DNA of 64,000 bases, taken from a virus. Position numbers and translations under genes: made by a program. Location of the stretch: positions 2,396 to 66,395 of the IMG/VR virus record IMGVR_UViG_3300028874_000014; one strand, given 5' to 3'. This document shows positions 9,912 through 18,878 of the stretch, piece after piece. The stretch's first letter is position 1. Each line of letters opens with the position of its first letter. Below the pieces are notes generated by a model. That model was given only the letters and a program-made list of their open reading frames with translations, was not told where the DNA came from and made no database searches.

Positions 9912-10625
9912 ATGTACAGCCCTAACAACATTCTTTTTAGAATTGTATCAAGTTCAGCAATCGCTCAATTCCGTCAGGACCAAGCGTTTGATTTCAATGA
10001 ATTGATTAACAATCCAAAGTATTCATTTTCGTCTGAAGCGAGAGAAACACTTTTGCTAAATTATGATCTTTGGTTTAGATTTATTTTACATTTGGAAAAA
10101 GTGCTGATTCGCAATCATTCACATGAACAGTTGGGGCCTGTTGTTACACATCTAGACGTTTTTGCCCATGAAACTATTAATGAAATTGCTGATATTATGA
10201 AAAGTCATGCTGCGATTTTTGGAATCGGGACTATTCAAACGTCATTGGTTCAAAAATCTATTGCTGTATATTATGGTTTAGTTTTATCGATCATAGCAGA
10301 GTCAAAGAATGATTCTATGTATGTCGCATATCCAAAAATTGTTATTGCTATTTCTAATGCGTTAAACAATTTATTATTCATACTCCATGAAACCGAAAAT
10401 TTGAAGAACAATAATTTCTTTCTTTCGTATACCGATGAGGTTATTGCTTTGAGAGAATTAAATAAATTTCCATTAATCGATAGAGCAAAATTGTATATGG
10501 AAAATTTTGGTGCGACTGAATTCGTCATAAAAAATTATACATCTGGAAAGGTCGATCAAAAATGCCTAGCTCCATTCGAAGAGGCCGGAATCAAAATCAC
10601 TAAGATCAATCCAGACCATCTTTAA
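9912..10625 (+). CDS. Hypothetical protein
   Basis: 237-aa ORF continuing the operon; no motif recognised. Confidence 0.65.
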   Translation: MYSPNNILFRIVSSSAIAQFRQDQAFDFNELINNPKYSFSSEARETLLLNYDLWFRFILHLEKVLIRNHSHEQLGPVVTHLDVFAHETINEIADIMKSHAAIFGIGTIQTSLVQKSIAVYYGLVLSIIAESKNDSMYVAYPKIVIAISNALNNLLFILHETENLKNNNFFLSYTDEVIALRELNKFPLIDRAKLYMENFGATEFVIKNYTSGKVDQKCLAPFEEAGIKITKINPDHL

Positions 10626-10759
10626 TGTCTGTGAAGAATCACCATACTAATAGTGTCAAAACGCAAGCTTTTTATACTTTAAAAAAACTATAAAGTAATA
10701 AATACTTAACGGAATGATACGCAAATTGTTCCGAAAACTGGTGATTTAATGAGGGACTA

Positions 10760-11296
10760 ATGGACGACTTAATACTACAATTTTTCGATGATCTAGTCGC
10801 TGGCGGCGTATCAAAATATTGGATTTATGGGTGCTTGTTTCTGGCTGGGGCCGGGATTTTCTTATATTATTTTATTAAGACCACTTCCTATTTGGCTACA
10901 TATTTTAAAAAATCTGAGAATGTAATTTCCAAAGAAGAAATAGATTCATTCAAGCAGTCATTGCAAGGGGATAATAAAGCACTATTCCAAATTTTAGATG
11001 ATGTTCGTGATCGGATTAAAAACTTAGAAACTTCAGGCAATCATACTATAGAATTAAATCGTCAACTGGACAATGAACTTTCTAAAATCAGTGTTATGGT
11101 TGACACGATCAAAGATTCACAAGCTTCTGATTTTAAAGATTCGACAGAATCTAGACGTGATTTAACTTCACTTGTTTCAGATTCAAAAGCTCAATACCTT
11201 GAAATCACTAGACAAGTTCAAGCCCTACAAAAAGATCTCGCTTCTCTCCACGGAACTATCATCGGAATTAGCACACAACGATCACGCCTTAAATAA
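10760..11296 (+). CDS. Single-TM membrane protein with long coiled coil
   Basis: Hydrophobic 'WIYGCLFLAGAGIFLYYFI' then heptads; ATAAATA and GAGG upstream. Confidence 0.7.
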   Translation: MDDLILQFFDDLVAGGVSKYWIYGCLFLAGAGIFLYYFIKTTSYLATYFKKSENVISKEEIDSFKQSLQGDNKALFQILDDVRDRIKNLETSGNHTIELNRQLDNELSKISVMVDTIKDSQASDFKDSTESRRDLTSLVSDSKAQYLEITRQVQALQKDLASLHGTIIGISTQRSRLK

Positions 11297-11329
11297 AAGA
11301 AAAGCATCTATATAAGATGCTTTTCTTTT
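11296..11329 (+). terminator. Inverted-repeat terminator
   Basis: aaagaaaagcatct...agatgcttttcttt. Confidence 0.7.
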
Positions 11330-11375
11330 AAAATATTTCACATAAATATAATAAACAATAACAAAAAGGTCCTCG

Positions 11376-12008
11376 ATGTCGAATGTCACATCTCCATTTC
11401 TAGTATTTCAGGAATTTCTCTCGCCAAAAGCATGTAAAGAAATCCTGGATTCTGTGAAAGTTAAATCCCCAAATAGAGATGCTAACGGCCATCCAACAAA
11501 GATGGAGCGTTTTCATAACGGTGCAGAGGATAAAATCTTTGCTAAATTTAAACCGTTGATTCCACAAATTGAATCGCATTATGATTTGAAATACAAAGGA
11601 ACCGAACACCTTATATTTCAACATTTTCCTGAAGGCATGAAAGGTCTCGCGGAACAACCACATTGCGAAAATTCACAATACCTTCGGAAGAAATGGGTCA
11701 AAGTCCGCGAACGGGATTTAACCGGAATTCTTTGGCTAAAAGATTATAATGATAAAGTTCCTCTTGATCCAAAACATGAAGTCTACGGTGGCAAATTAGA
11801 ATTTCCAGCTTATGGATTTGGTCTTCAACCACAACTTGGAACTTTAGTTATCTATCCAGCAGGCCCGCATTTTATTTCTGCGACTTCACCTATCTTAGTC
11901 GGTGATCTTCATGCAGTTAGGTTCCATATTGCAGCAGAAGGTTTATATCTGTATCAACCTGAAAAATTCCCAGGGAAATATGTAGATTGGTTTGAAGAGT
12001 TTGCATAA
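11376..12008 (+). CDS. 2OG-Fe(II) oxygenase superfamily (prolyl-4-hydroxylase-like)
   Basis: 'FLSPKACKEI', H-x-E 'PHCEN', 'RDLTGILWL', 'GGKLEFP', 'PQLGTLVIYP'. Confidence 0.78.
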   Translation: MSNVTSPFLVFQEFLSPKACKEILDSVKVKSPNRDANGHPTKMERFHNGAEDKIFAKFKPLIPQIESHYDLKYKGTEHLIFQHFPEGMKGLAEQPHCENSQYLRKKWVKVRERDLTGILWLKDYNDKVPLDPKHEVYGGKLEFPAYGFGLQPQLGTLVIYPAGPHFISATSPILVGDLHAVRFHIAAEGLYLYQPEKFPGKYVDWFEEFA

Positions 12009-12009
12009 C

Positions 12010-12039
12010 AAAAAAGGAACCTCGAAAGGTTCCTTTTTT
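12010..12039. terminator. Bidirectional terminator between convergent genes
   Basis: aaaaaaggaacct-cgaa-aggttcctttttt. Confidence 0.85.
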
Positions 12040-12041
12040 GT

Positions 12042-12296
12042 TTAAGAAGTAAAGACGTTTGGTGATCCAGTCACAATAGTATCTGGATGATCATTATCAA
12101 CATCGCCAACTCTGGCAATCCCGATCCCATTAGCAAAGACTGTTCCTGATCCTGTTGTGATTGTATCAGGATGGTGATTATCAACATCACCAATTCGTGC
12201 AACACCAACACCATTGATAATCACATTTGGTGAGCCAGTCACAATAGTATTTCCATCTGAATCTGTATCACCAATTCGTGCCACCGGAATAGCCAT
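12042..12296 (-). CDS. PAAR-repeat spike-tip protein (T4 gp5.4-like)
   Basis: Three (PV/GV/GI)AR(I/V)GD repeats, each followed by I(V/T)TGS; His residues for metal binding. Confidence 0.92.
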   Translation of the reverse strand: MAIPVARIGDTDSDGNTIVTGSPNVIINGVGVARIGDVDNHHPDTITTGSGTVFANGIGIARVGDVDNDHPDTIVTGSPNVFTS

Positions 12297-12298
12297 TT

Positions 12299-12511
12299 TT
12301 AATTACCACCAGGAAGTGCAGTTGGATTATTCATTTCATTAATCACACCTTGAAGTTGACCACTAGACTTTAATGAACTAACAGTCATAGCCCGTCTAAA
12401 TGGCTCACCCAACTGAGAATCACTACTCAAGGCGTTAGCAATAATAGTAAGCTGAGCAACGATTCCTTCAAAATACGTCGTATAATCTATAGGAGAACTT
12501 GAATCACTCAT
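12299..12511 (-). CDS. Small hypothetical (probably virion) protein
   Basis: GAGG RBS; abuts the PAAR gene. Confidence 0.6.
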   Translation of the reverse strand: MSDSSSPIDYTTYFEGIVAQLTIIANALSSDSQLGEPFRRAMTVSSLKSSGQLQGVINEMNNPTALPGGN

Positions 12512-12519
12512 AGTTCACC

Positions 12520-12762
12520 TCAATCGTTATCATAACTATCATCGCGACCGTCAGGATCTACTTCCTCACTATCATCAACTTTGTCACCGTTATCATCTAG
12601 ATATTCACGAATTTCTAATAGTATTTCTGATGCTCTTTCCCACATATCTGAAAGATCTTCATCTTTGATACTTGAATGGTTTGTGTTTAGAATAGCATAA
12701 CCAATGCCTTCTTCATCAACAAGACTTAGAATTTCACTAACTGAATAATTACGCTTTGCCAT
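12520..12762 (-). CDS. Small acidic hypothetical protein
   Basis: AAGGA RBS; 80-aa ORF. Confidence 0.65.
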   Translation of the reverse strand: MAKRNYSVSEILSLVDEEGIGYAILNTNHSSIKDEDLSDMWERASEILLEIREYLDDNGDKVDDSEEVDPDGRDDSYDND

Positions 12763-12840
12763 TTCTATGTTCCTTATTTGTTATTTTTATTTTAGGACAA
12801 AAAATATTATATCTCTGTCCTAAGTAAATGTATATATCGA

Positions 12841-14532
12841 TTATGCAGAAGCCGAACTAGCGATGAATGCTTTCAAAGCATTCATCCGCGCGGTCCAGCC
12901 ATTTAAATATTTACCAAAATGAGCCGGTTGTCCATTAGCCAAATCATTATAATAATTTTGTTGGCTATTAATATATGATTGGCACATCGTTAGTGCTGCA
13001 CTAGGACTTAGTCCCGCAGCCGCTGAAATCGCAGCAGATTTTGATGTAGTATTAGTTGCTTGCTGTAAAAATTTAATTGCTGCACCTGGTCCCGGATTCA
13101 CACATCCATTGTAATGAACTATACATAATGGATTCGGTAACTGATCACAAGAATTTGCAGACCAATACTTATCTTGGAATATCGATAATGCCCCAGCTAA
13201 ATTAAGAGTTTGGACATTCACAGAAGGATTAAATTTTTGTGCAATCCCGTATTTAGTATTTCCGCCAGTATCAACAACCCAGCCACATTTTTTCTGATTG
13301 ATCGGAGTACTAATATCTCCAGCTATAGTTGCTGGATCATTTGGATTATATTGCGGACCAACTTCATATCGCATCACAAAATTTGATGCATCAGTAAAAC
13401 AAGCTCCTGTTGCAATTGGAGTAGTCGGAAATGGTGTTGGTTCACCAGGACCAGCATTTCCGGGTTCTGGAGTATAACCAGAACATTGATTATCTGTCAT
13501 TGCTGGTGTGATAGCAAGAGCGGTACTATTCGTCTGAGTAGTAACAGCGGATGGAGTTACTACACCGGGATCGGGCTGTTGATTATTATTAAGTTGTGTC
13601 CTACCAGTAACATCATCAAATGAAACTTGACCCGAAATATATGCAGCAGGATCATATACAGCAACTGATTGGTTTGATCCTACACCAGAAGAAAAATCTG
13701 GGCTTCTAATTTCAAAATGTAAATGAGCACCTCTAGCATCGCCCGTCGCTCCTTCAACACCAACTACATCGCCAGCAGAAACTTGTTGGCCTACTTGGAC
13801 TCCGATTGTTGAAAGATGAGCATATACCGTAATACAGATTTTTTTACCGGCTGCATTAGAGTGGGCAATGAATACTACATTCCCATACCCGCGTGCGTCA
13901 TTACCATCGGCTCTAATCACTTTTCCTGATGCGGCTGCTCTAACATTCCCGAGTGCGCCGCCAGCATAAGCTAAATCGATCCCTTTATGTGGTCGACCAC
14001 GTTTTGGATCGCTCCAAATCTGAGTTCCATCTACAGATGCTGTACATCTTGCGGTGATAACAGAACCCGGTAAAGGATGGATAAAAGTAATACTATCAGA
14101 TCCAGTTGATTTGGAGGCGACCAATAAAAATGGCTTACTATCAATTACAGAACTATCAGCTCTTAATGCGGAAATAGTTGTAGAATATTGTCCTGGTAAA
14201 GTCGCAGTTCCTGAAAATTTACCAGTCGCAGTATTAAATGTAACACCAGGAATTGTAGTTCCATTAGTCCAACTTGCAACAGGATCTGAACCCGGAGACA
14301 CCGTCATTTGTGTTGTCACTGACATATCCGTTCCAACCGGAATAGACACATTAGTGATAGTGTTGATTGGAATTGGTCCACCGTCCATATTTTTTTCTGC
14401 ATTTCCTGCTCTGGCCAAATATCCTTCAGAACATTCGCCAGTTTGTTGATATGTTGGCGAAGTGTAATTATCGGCCGTTGGTGCCCACGGTGTCCCGGAA
14501 GCTATAGTTGAACCACCACCGCTGCAACTCAT
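12841..14532 (-). CDS. Modular peptidoglycan hydrolase: Ig-like domain + M23 endopeptidase + GH108 muramidase with PG-binding tail
   Basis: M23 'HKGIDLA...YGNVV...YAHL...GAHLHFE'; GH108 'RYEVG...DTGGNTKYGI...KYW...VNPGPGAA..FLQ...YLNGWTAR'. Confidence 0.85.
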   Translation of the reverse strand: MSCSGGGSTIASGTPWAPTADNYTSPTYQQTGECSEGYLARAGNAEKNMDGGPIPINTITNVSIPVGTDMSVTTQMTVSPGSDPVASWTNGTTIPGVTFNTATGKFSGTATLPGQYSTTISALRADSSVIDSKPFLLVASKSTGSDSITFIHPLPGSVITARCTASVDGTQIWSDPKRGRPHKGIDLAYAGGALGNVRAAASGKVIRADGNDARGYGNVVFIAHSNAAGKKICITVYAHLSTIGVQVGQQVSAGDVVGVEGATGDARGAHLHFEIRSPDFSSGVGSNQSVAVYDPAAYISGQVSFDDVTGRTQLNNNQQPDPGVVTPSAVTTQTNSTALAITPAMTDNQCSGYTPEPGNAGPGEPTPFPTTPIATGACFTDASNFVMRYEVGPQYNPNDPATIAGDISTPINQKKCGWVVDTGGNTKYGIAQKFNPSVNVQTLNLAGALSIFQDKYWSANSCDQLPNPLCIVHYNGCVNPGPGAAIKFLQQATNTTSKSAAISAAAGLSPSAALTMCQSYINSQQNYYNDLANGQPAHFGKYLNGWTARMNALKAFIASSASA

Positions 14533-14874
14533 TTAATTTCCTGTAGTAGATGAAGCAGGTAAAGGCACATTTAGCTTTAGTGCTGCGGCAACTTGATCTG
14601 CTTGGATTTGTGCAATATTTTTCAATTGAGTTTCCATAGCCAATGAACGACCTTCAGATTCAGCTAACCAATCAGAAACTGTTTTTTGTGTTGCTGTTCC
14701 TAAATCAATATCCGGGACTTGAGCCGGAACTACTAAATCTTGGGCCGGGATTGGTGAAACGACATAATGATCCTGAATAATAATACTTGGTTTAACAGGT
14801 TGATCAATTGGTGCCACAGCACATCCAGATAATAGGGCAATTGAAACAAAGGAAGCAATTAGTAATTTTTTCAT
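14533..14874 (-). CDS. o-spanin (outer-membrane lipoprotein, Rz1-like)
   Basis: Signal peptide with lipobox LSGC, Pro-rich; overlaps the end of the upstream TM/coiled-coil gene. Confidence 0.8.
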   Translation of the reverse strand: MKKLLIASFVSIALLSGCAVAPIDQPVKPSIIIQDHYVVSPIPAQDLVVPAQVPDIDLGTATQKTVSDWLAESEGRSLAMETQLKNIAQIQADQVAAALKLNVPLPASSTTGN

Positions 14875-15362
14875 TGTGAACCAGCTTTACGGTTTTGTTG
14901 GATAGCATTAATGGTTTCAGCCAATACGTTAGATACTGGACCGTCTTGTGCAGCAGTCGAATTTGCAATCATTTGACGAAGATTTGAAATCTTTGTTTGA
15001 TTTGCTTGTTCCTGAGCAACCATTTGAGCAACACGAGCATCCGAATCTGTTTTAGCTTCAGACAATTGATTGATGGTTGTTTGGTCTTGTTGATTGACTC
15101 CTACAGCATTAGCAATATCAACCTTAAGTTGGGTATTAGCTTGAGTCAATGAAGTATTAGCTTGTTGAAGCTTAACAATTTGTGCTTGATCAAGATCAAA
15201 TTGATGTTTGATTTCATAGCCACCACCAAGTGCTAATAAAATAAGCACAATAGCAATAGCAAGTTTTGGATGAGCAATAGCCCCAGAGATCAAATTTTTA
15301 ATGATTGAGAATATGCCACCAAAAAAGCTTTTAAAAAATGTAAGAATAATAGTAATAATCAT
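14871..15362 (-). CDS. i-spanin (Rz-like)
   Basis: N-terminal TM segment(s) followed by a long coiled coil; upstream of the lipoprotein gene. Confidence 0.78.
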   Translation of the reverse strand: MIITIILTFFKSFFGGIFSIIKNLISGAIAHPKLAIAIVLILLALGGGYEIKHQFDLDQAQIVKLQQANTSLTQANTQLKVDIANAVGVNQQDQTTINQLSEAKTDSDARVAQMVAQEQANQTKISNLRQMIANSTAAQDGPVSNVLAETINAIQQNRKAGSQ

Positions 15363-15374
15363 TTATATATTCCA

Positions 15375-15698
15375 TTAAGTATTTTGGTTATTTTGGGGTG
15401 CTGGTATTGGTTGTACCGGCATAGGCATTTCTGATGACTTCTTAATCAATACCCCAGCAGCTGCAGCTACGATAGCTCCACTGATGCCGATTAAACCAGT
15501 TGAAAAATTCAATGCATCAAAGTGACCTGTTTTTACGGTCATATACAAGGTCAACCCAAGAAATTCCATTCCGCCTAATAGAACAAAGCCATATCCAAAT
15601 AATCTCGCTGGATCTACATCTCCATTCCAACTAGTAAAAACATCTCCGACTACTTTAGAAAATAGTGAAGTTTTTGGTTGTGCTACTATGGTCGACAT
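15375..15698 (-). CDS. Putative holin (two TM helices)
   Basis: Two hydrophobic segments; first gene of a holin-spanin-lysin run. Confidence 0.55.
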   Translation of the reverse strand: MSTIVAQPKTSLFSKVVGDVFTSWNGDVDPARLFGYGFVLLGGMEFLGLTLYMTVKTGHFDALNFSTGLIGISGAIVAAAAGVLIKKSSEMPMPVQPIPAPQNNQNT

Positions 15699-15718
15699 GA
15701 TATTCCTTATATTTTATA

Positions 15719-15943
15719 TTAGACAAGTCTCGCTTGTCCTGTTTGTGCAGTTGAAAATGAAACAGTAATATTATTGACATCAATAATAGTGATGTTCAGT
15801 GGAATCATCTTTGTTAACATGCCACCGTTCGATGTATCATTAATGAGAATATCAACAATAGGATAAACACCCAAATTATGATTGATAGTCCAAGTTGTTG
15901 ATGCTGAAGATTGTGTAAATTGATACACCGTTAAATCTGACAT
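15719..15943 (-). CDS. Small virion structural protein (WTINHNLG beta-domain)
   Basis: 'YQFTQSSASTTWTINHNLG' also occurs as 'YVFTQTTAASTWTITHSLG' in gp6-like ORF; late promoter and GGAG RBS. Confidence 0.7.
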   Translation of the reverse strand: MSDLTVYQFTQSSASTTWTINHNLGVYPIVDILINDTSNGGMLTKMIPLNITIIDVNNITVSFSTAQTGQARLV

Positions 15944-15990
15944 GATTTCTCCACGTAAGTTCTTTCCTTATTTATGCATTCTTTTAAACC

Positions 15991-16019
15991 AAAATGGGCT
16001 CTTATTAAGAGCCCATTTT
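15991..16019. terminator. Inverted-repeat terminator
   Basis: aaaatgggctctt-att-aagagcccatttt. Confidence 0.8.
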
Positions 16020-16032
16020 GAATATGTCGGAT

Positions 16033-16251
16033 TTATGGACGTCTAGTTGCCGTAGTTAATTGCTTAATGGCAGTGTTGAATGCAACTGGTTCAATTCGTA
16101 AATTACCTAAATCATAATCATCAATGATCAGCGGATCTACTTCGTCAAAACAGAAGGTGCCTTTGTTACCATTCTTTTCAATGTGAGACATTTTAGCTCC
16201 TAACACCTTTAGTGATGCGGCTAAAATAATATCAGTCGTACGCAATTCCAT
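16033..16251 (-). CDS. Small hypothetical protein (DUF5659-like)
   Basis: 'TTDIILAASL...G...FCFD...LRIEP..F'; ATG at 16251 with AGGA RBS, TATAAATA upstream. Confidence 0.6.
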   Translation of the reverse strand: MELRTTDIILAASLKVLGAKMSHIEKNGNKGTFCFDEVDPLIIDDYDLGNLRIEPVAFNTAIKQLTTATRRP

Positions 16252-16325
16252 GATTTTTCCTGAGTAATAATTGCTTGGTAGCCCATACTCGGGCATCACT
16301 AATATTTATAGAAATCACAAAAATA

Positions 16326-16354
16326 TGTACAAAGTCCAGAAATCTTGATATAGT
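16326..16354 (+). promoter_or_regulatory. Early-type promoter TGTACA-N17-TATAGT
   Basis: Matches the recurring T(G/T)TACA-N17-TAnnnT motif; precedes 16375 ORF. Confidence 0.7.
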
Positions 16355-16374
16355 CAAATCATCTAGGAGAAATC

Positions 16375-16683
16375 ATGCTACTTTATACATTACTTGATGG
16401 AACGACCAGACACAGAAAAAATCCTGATAAGTACCCAATGCCGGAAATTAAAGATCGATTGGATCTTCCAGCTGGGTGCTTTGTTAAGCTTGGGTTTTTG
16501 TATACGAAAAATAAAGTACTTAAGACAGAATTTCTTTTAGTTCAAGTGAATGAAAAAGAAGAAGGTGCAGATATTTACTATGGTGAACTTGATGATAAGC
16601 CTAAAAAGATATCGGGCGTAGTCATAGGGGACATGATCCAATTTAGCTCAAATCATGTCCTGGAAATTATTAGCTTACACTAA
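16375..16683 (+). CDS. Hypothetical early protein inserted antisense in the structural block (DUF2314-like)
   Basis: AGGAG RBS, own early promoter; 'YYGELDDKP...IGDMIQFSSNHV'. Confidence 0.7.
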   Translation: MLLYTLLDGTTRHRKNPDKYPMPEIKDRLDLPAGCFVKLGFLYTKNKVLKTEFLLVQVNEKEEGADIYYGELDDKPKKISGVVIGDMIQFSSNHVLEIISLH

Positions 16684-17248
16684 TAGTCAACGTGTAAGTA
16701 ATCAAAATACTCCGATTGGCTGTCTTTTCCACTGGGCTAAAAATCAAATGTGAAAGAAGCAATGGTGGAGAATCCTGTGAGATCAAACCCAATTCATCAA
16801 ATGTATAAGTCGAATCCGGGTTTGTAGTAATGTCATCACTTGTTGCTTGACCAGATGGTTCATCTGGTGTAATTTCCATAGTACAAGTCACAATCGAAGT
16901 GATTGCTGGAGAAGGTGATGCTGCACTTACAACAGAATCTCCGGCAGAAACAGATGCATTTTGGCCATCGATAATTTGACTATATGTTTCATTGTATAGT
17001 GTTGCACTTGTTCCAGTTGTATTAGGTGGCAAATACACAATATCTAAACTTGAATTAATATGTGTACCACCATTCCCTAAAGCCATCCCATAAACCCATG
17101 CATTAGACTCATGGGATAATCCTCTAGCAATAACTGTGGCCATGTTTTGAGGGTGAATTGCGTTGTCTTGATCGCGAAGAACTTCGCCAGTTAATTTATC
17201 TGTGATTTTAACATGACCATGAACGTGTATATTTGTTCTGAGTTGCAT
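16670..17248 (-). CDS. Virion structural protein (baseplate/tail)
   Basis: 'GHVKITD...NAIH..NM', 'YTFDELGL', 'HLIFSPVEKTANR..ITYT'; late promoter. Confidence 0.75.
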   Translation of the reverse strand: MQLRTNIHVHGHVKITDKLTGEVLRDQDNAIHPQNMATVIARGLSHESNAWVYGMALGNGGTHINSSLDIVYLPPNTTGTSATLYNETYSQIIDGQNASVSAGDSVVSAASPSPAITSIVTCTMEITPDEPSGQATSDDITTNPDSTYTFDELGLISQDSPPLLLSHLIFSPVEKTANRSILITYTLTISVS

Positions 17249-17296
17249 AATATTCCTTGTCTTTTGTTATTTTATTTATCATCATCTACTTTGGAG

Positions 17297-18877
17297 TTAT
17301 GCCAAATGGATAGTTACTTCGCGCGGTTCAGCAAAAGTCAATATGACTTGTGTATTAGATGGATATGATACTGATTCTGGTAAACACATAGATCCAGCAG
17401 AATATGCAGCAACCAATGGGTTATGACCATAGCTATGATTTATTTCTATTACATTAGCAAGTGCAGTAACATAGACCATTCCAAAATCATTAGGTGTATA
17501 CACCCCATATAATAATCCTGATGTTGATGGGATTATATGGATCACTGGTTTACATGGTTCATCAAATGTCACAATGATAACATTTGTAGATGGATAAGTC
17601 ACCGAACGCGGCAAAATCATTTCGCCACCAACATATGCTGCTAATATTGGATTGTACCCATAGTCATGATTTATTTCTACCGTATTAGATAGGAAAGCAA
17701 CATAAATCATACCTAATGAATCCGGCGAATAAACAGATTCATAACTTAATTCAACTTCGTATTCCACCGAATCAAATGGGTCACAATCAAATCCCCAATA
17801 ATCACTAAATGCCATATTCAAAGCATCTACAATCGCAGGACTCGAAGTCTCTACTGATTGCGGCATTTCTTGGATTGAAAAGAGTTCGTAATATCCTAAT
17901 TCTAATGACTCGGATAACGAATCAAAATCAACCGTATCATAATTTTGGATATCCAAATATCCAATCTTTTGGGAATTGATGTTAATCCCAAATAATGTTT
18001 CATTTTCTGTCCAAGTGCCAGGATCAGCAATCTGAACATTGACAGTATCATAGTATTTGAAATAATCTTGAAATTTTACAGTATCAGTAATTGAAGTTTG
18101 AGTCCAACCGTTATATGCTTCGCGCTGTTCAACTCTAAGATAAAACGGAGTGTTTAATGCTAACGGTTTAAAAAATGAAAAAATGAAGTACATTTGATCA
18201 TTAGAATCATACTCGACATATACTGTTCCATATGGCTCAACTGATAGTGCATCTGGCTCTTCATTATTAAAAAACCAAGTTGCAGTATCAGCATCATATA
18301 GTTGAGCATCATATGGAAGAATATCGAATTCAGAATTCTCAGTAGAATAATGAATAGTATATTCAGTCCAAACTACTGGATCACTTCCTATTCCTAAAAA
18401 GAATCGATCCATCACTGCCCAGTCTAATGTCACTATTTGACCAGATGTAGGAATGCTAGATCCAATAAACTGGACAACGGTTCTATTTAATGAAGTTGTA
18501 TAATTGACCCCTATTACCTGAAGTTCACCATTGACAGAAACCTGAAGAGCATTATTCGCTGGTACATGGTATGCCCCAGGACTCCCAGGAATAGCGTCAG
18601 TGACTCCTATATATGTTGACTGATGGAAATCTTTAGAGTACCTAGCGAAGACCGCTGCTGGGATCCTATAGATCGTAGTTTGGCCATCTGAAACTTCATT
18701 GTATTGCCAGACACTTGATAATGTAAGAGCCATAGTACTGGCATCAGTAATACCAACTCCAACATTTTCATTAGCTTGGTATTCGATAGTGACATCGGTG
18801 AGTTTTGAGTGGTATGGCTTAATATCATTAATATATGATACTAAGCTATCGACATCTACTGTATCAGATATTTGCAT
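17297..18877 (-). CDS. Baseplate wedge-associated structural protein
   Basis: 'SYINDIKPYHSKL' motif; C-terminal duplicated 'EINH.YG.NP..AAY' domains. Confidence 0.72.
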   Translation of the reverse strand: MQISDTVDVDSLVSYINDIKPYHSKLTDVTIEYQANENVGVGITDASTMALTLSSVWQYNEVSDGQTTIYRIPAAVFARYSKDFHQSTYIGVTDAIPGSPGAYHVPANNALQVSVNGELQVIGVNYTTSLNRTVVQFIGSSIPTSGQIVTLDWAVMDRFFLGIGSDPVVWTEYTIHYSTENSEFDILPYDAQLYDADTATWFFNNEEPDALSVEPYGTVYVEYDSNDQMYFIFSFFKPLALNTPFYLRVEQREAYNGWTQTSITDTVKFQDYFKYYDTVNVQIADPGTWTENETLFGININSQKIGYLDIQNYDTVDFDSLSESLELGYYELFSIQEMPQSVETSSPAIVDALNMAFSDYWGFDCDPFDSVEYEVELSYESVYSPDSLGMIYVAFLSNTVEINHDYGYNPILAAYVGGEMILPRSVTYPSTNVIIVTFDEPCKPVIHIIPSTSGLLYGVYTPNDFGMVYVTALANVIEINHSYGHNPLVAAYSAGSMCLPESVSYPSNTQVILTFAEPREVTIHLA

Positions 18878-18878
18878 A

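Noticed and set aside
10760-11296. T4 T-like holin call
   Set aside because: Only topology (one TM plus soluble domain) fits; no sequence motif, and a better holin candidate lies beside the spanins.
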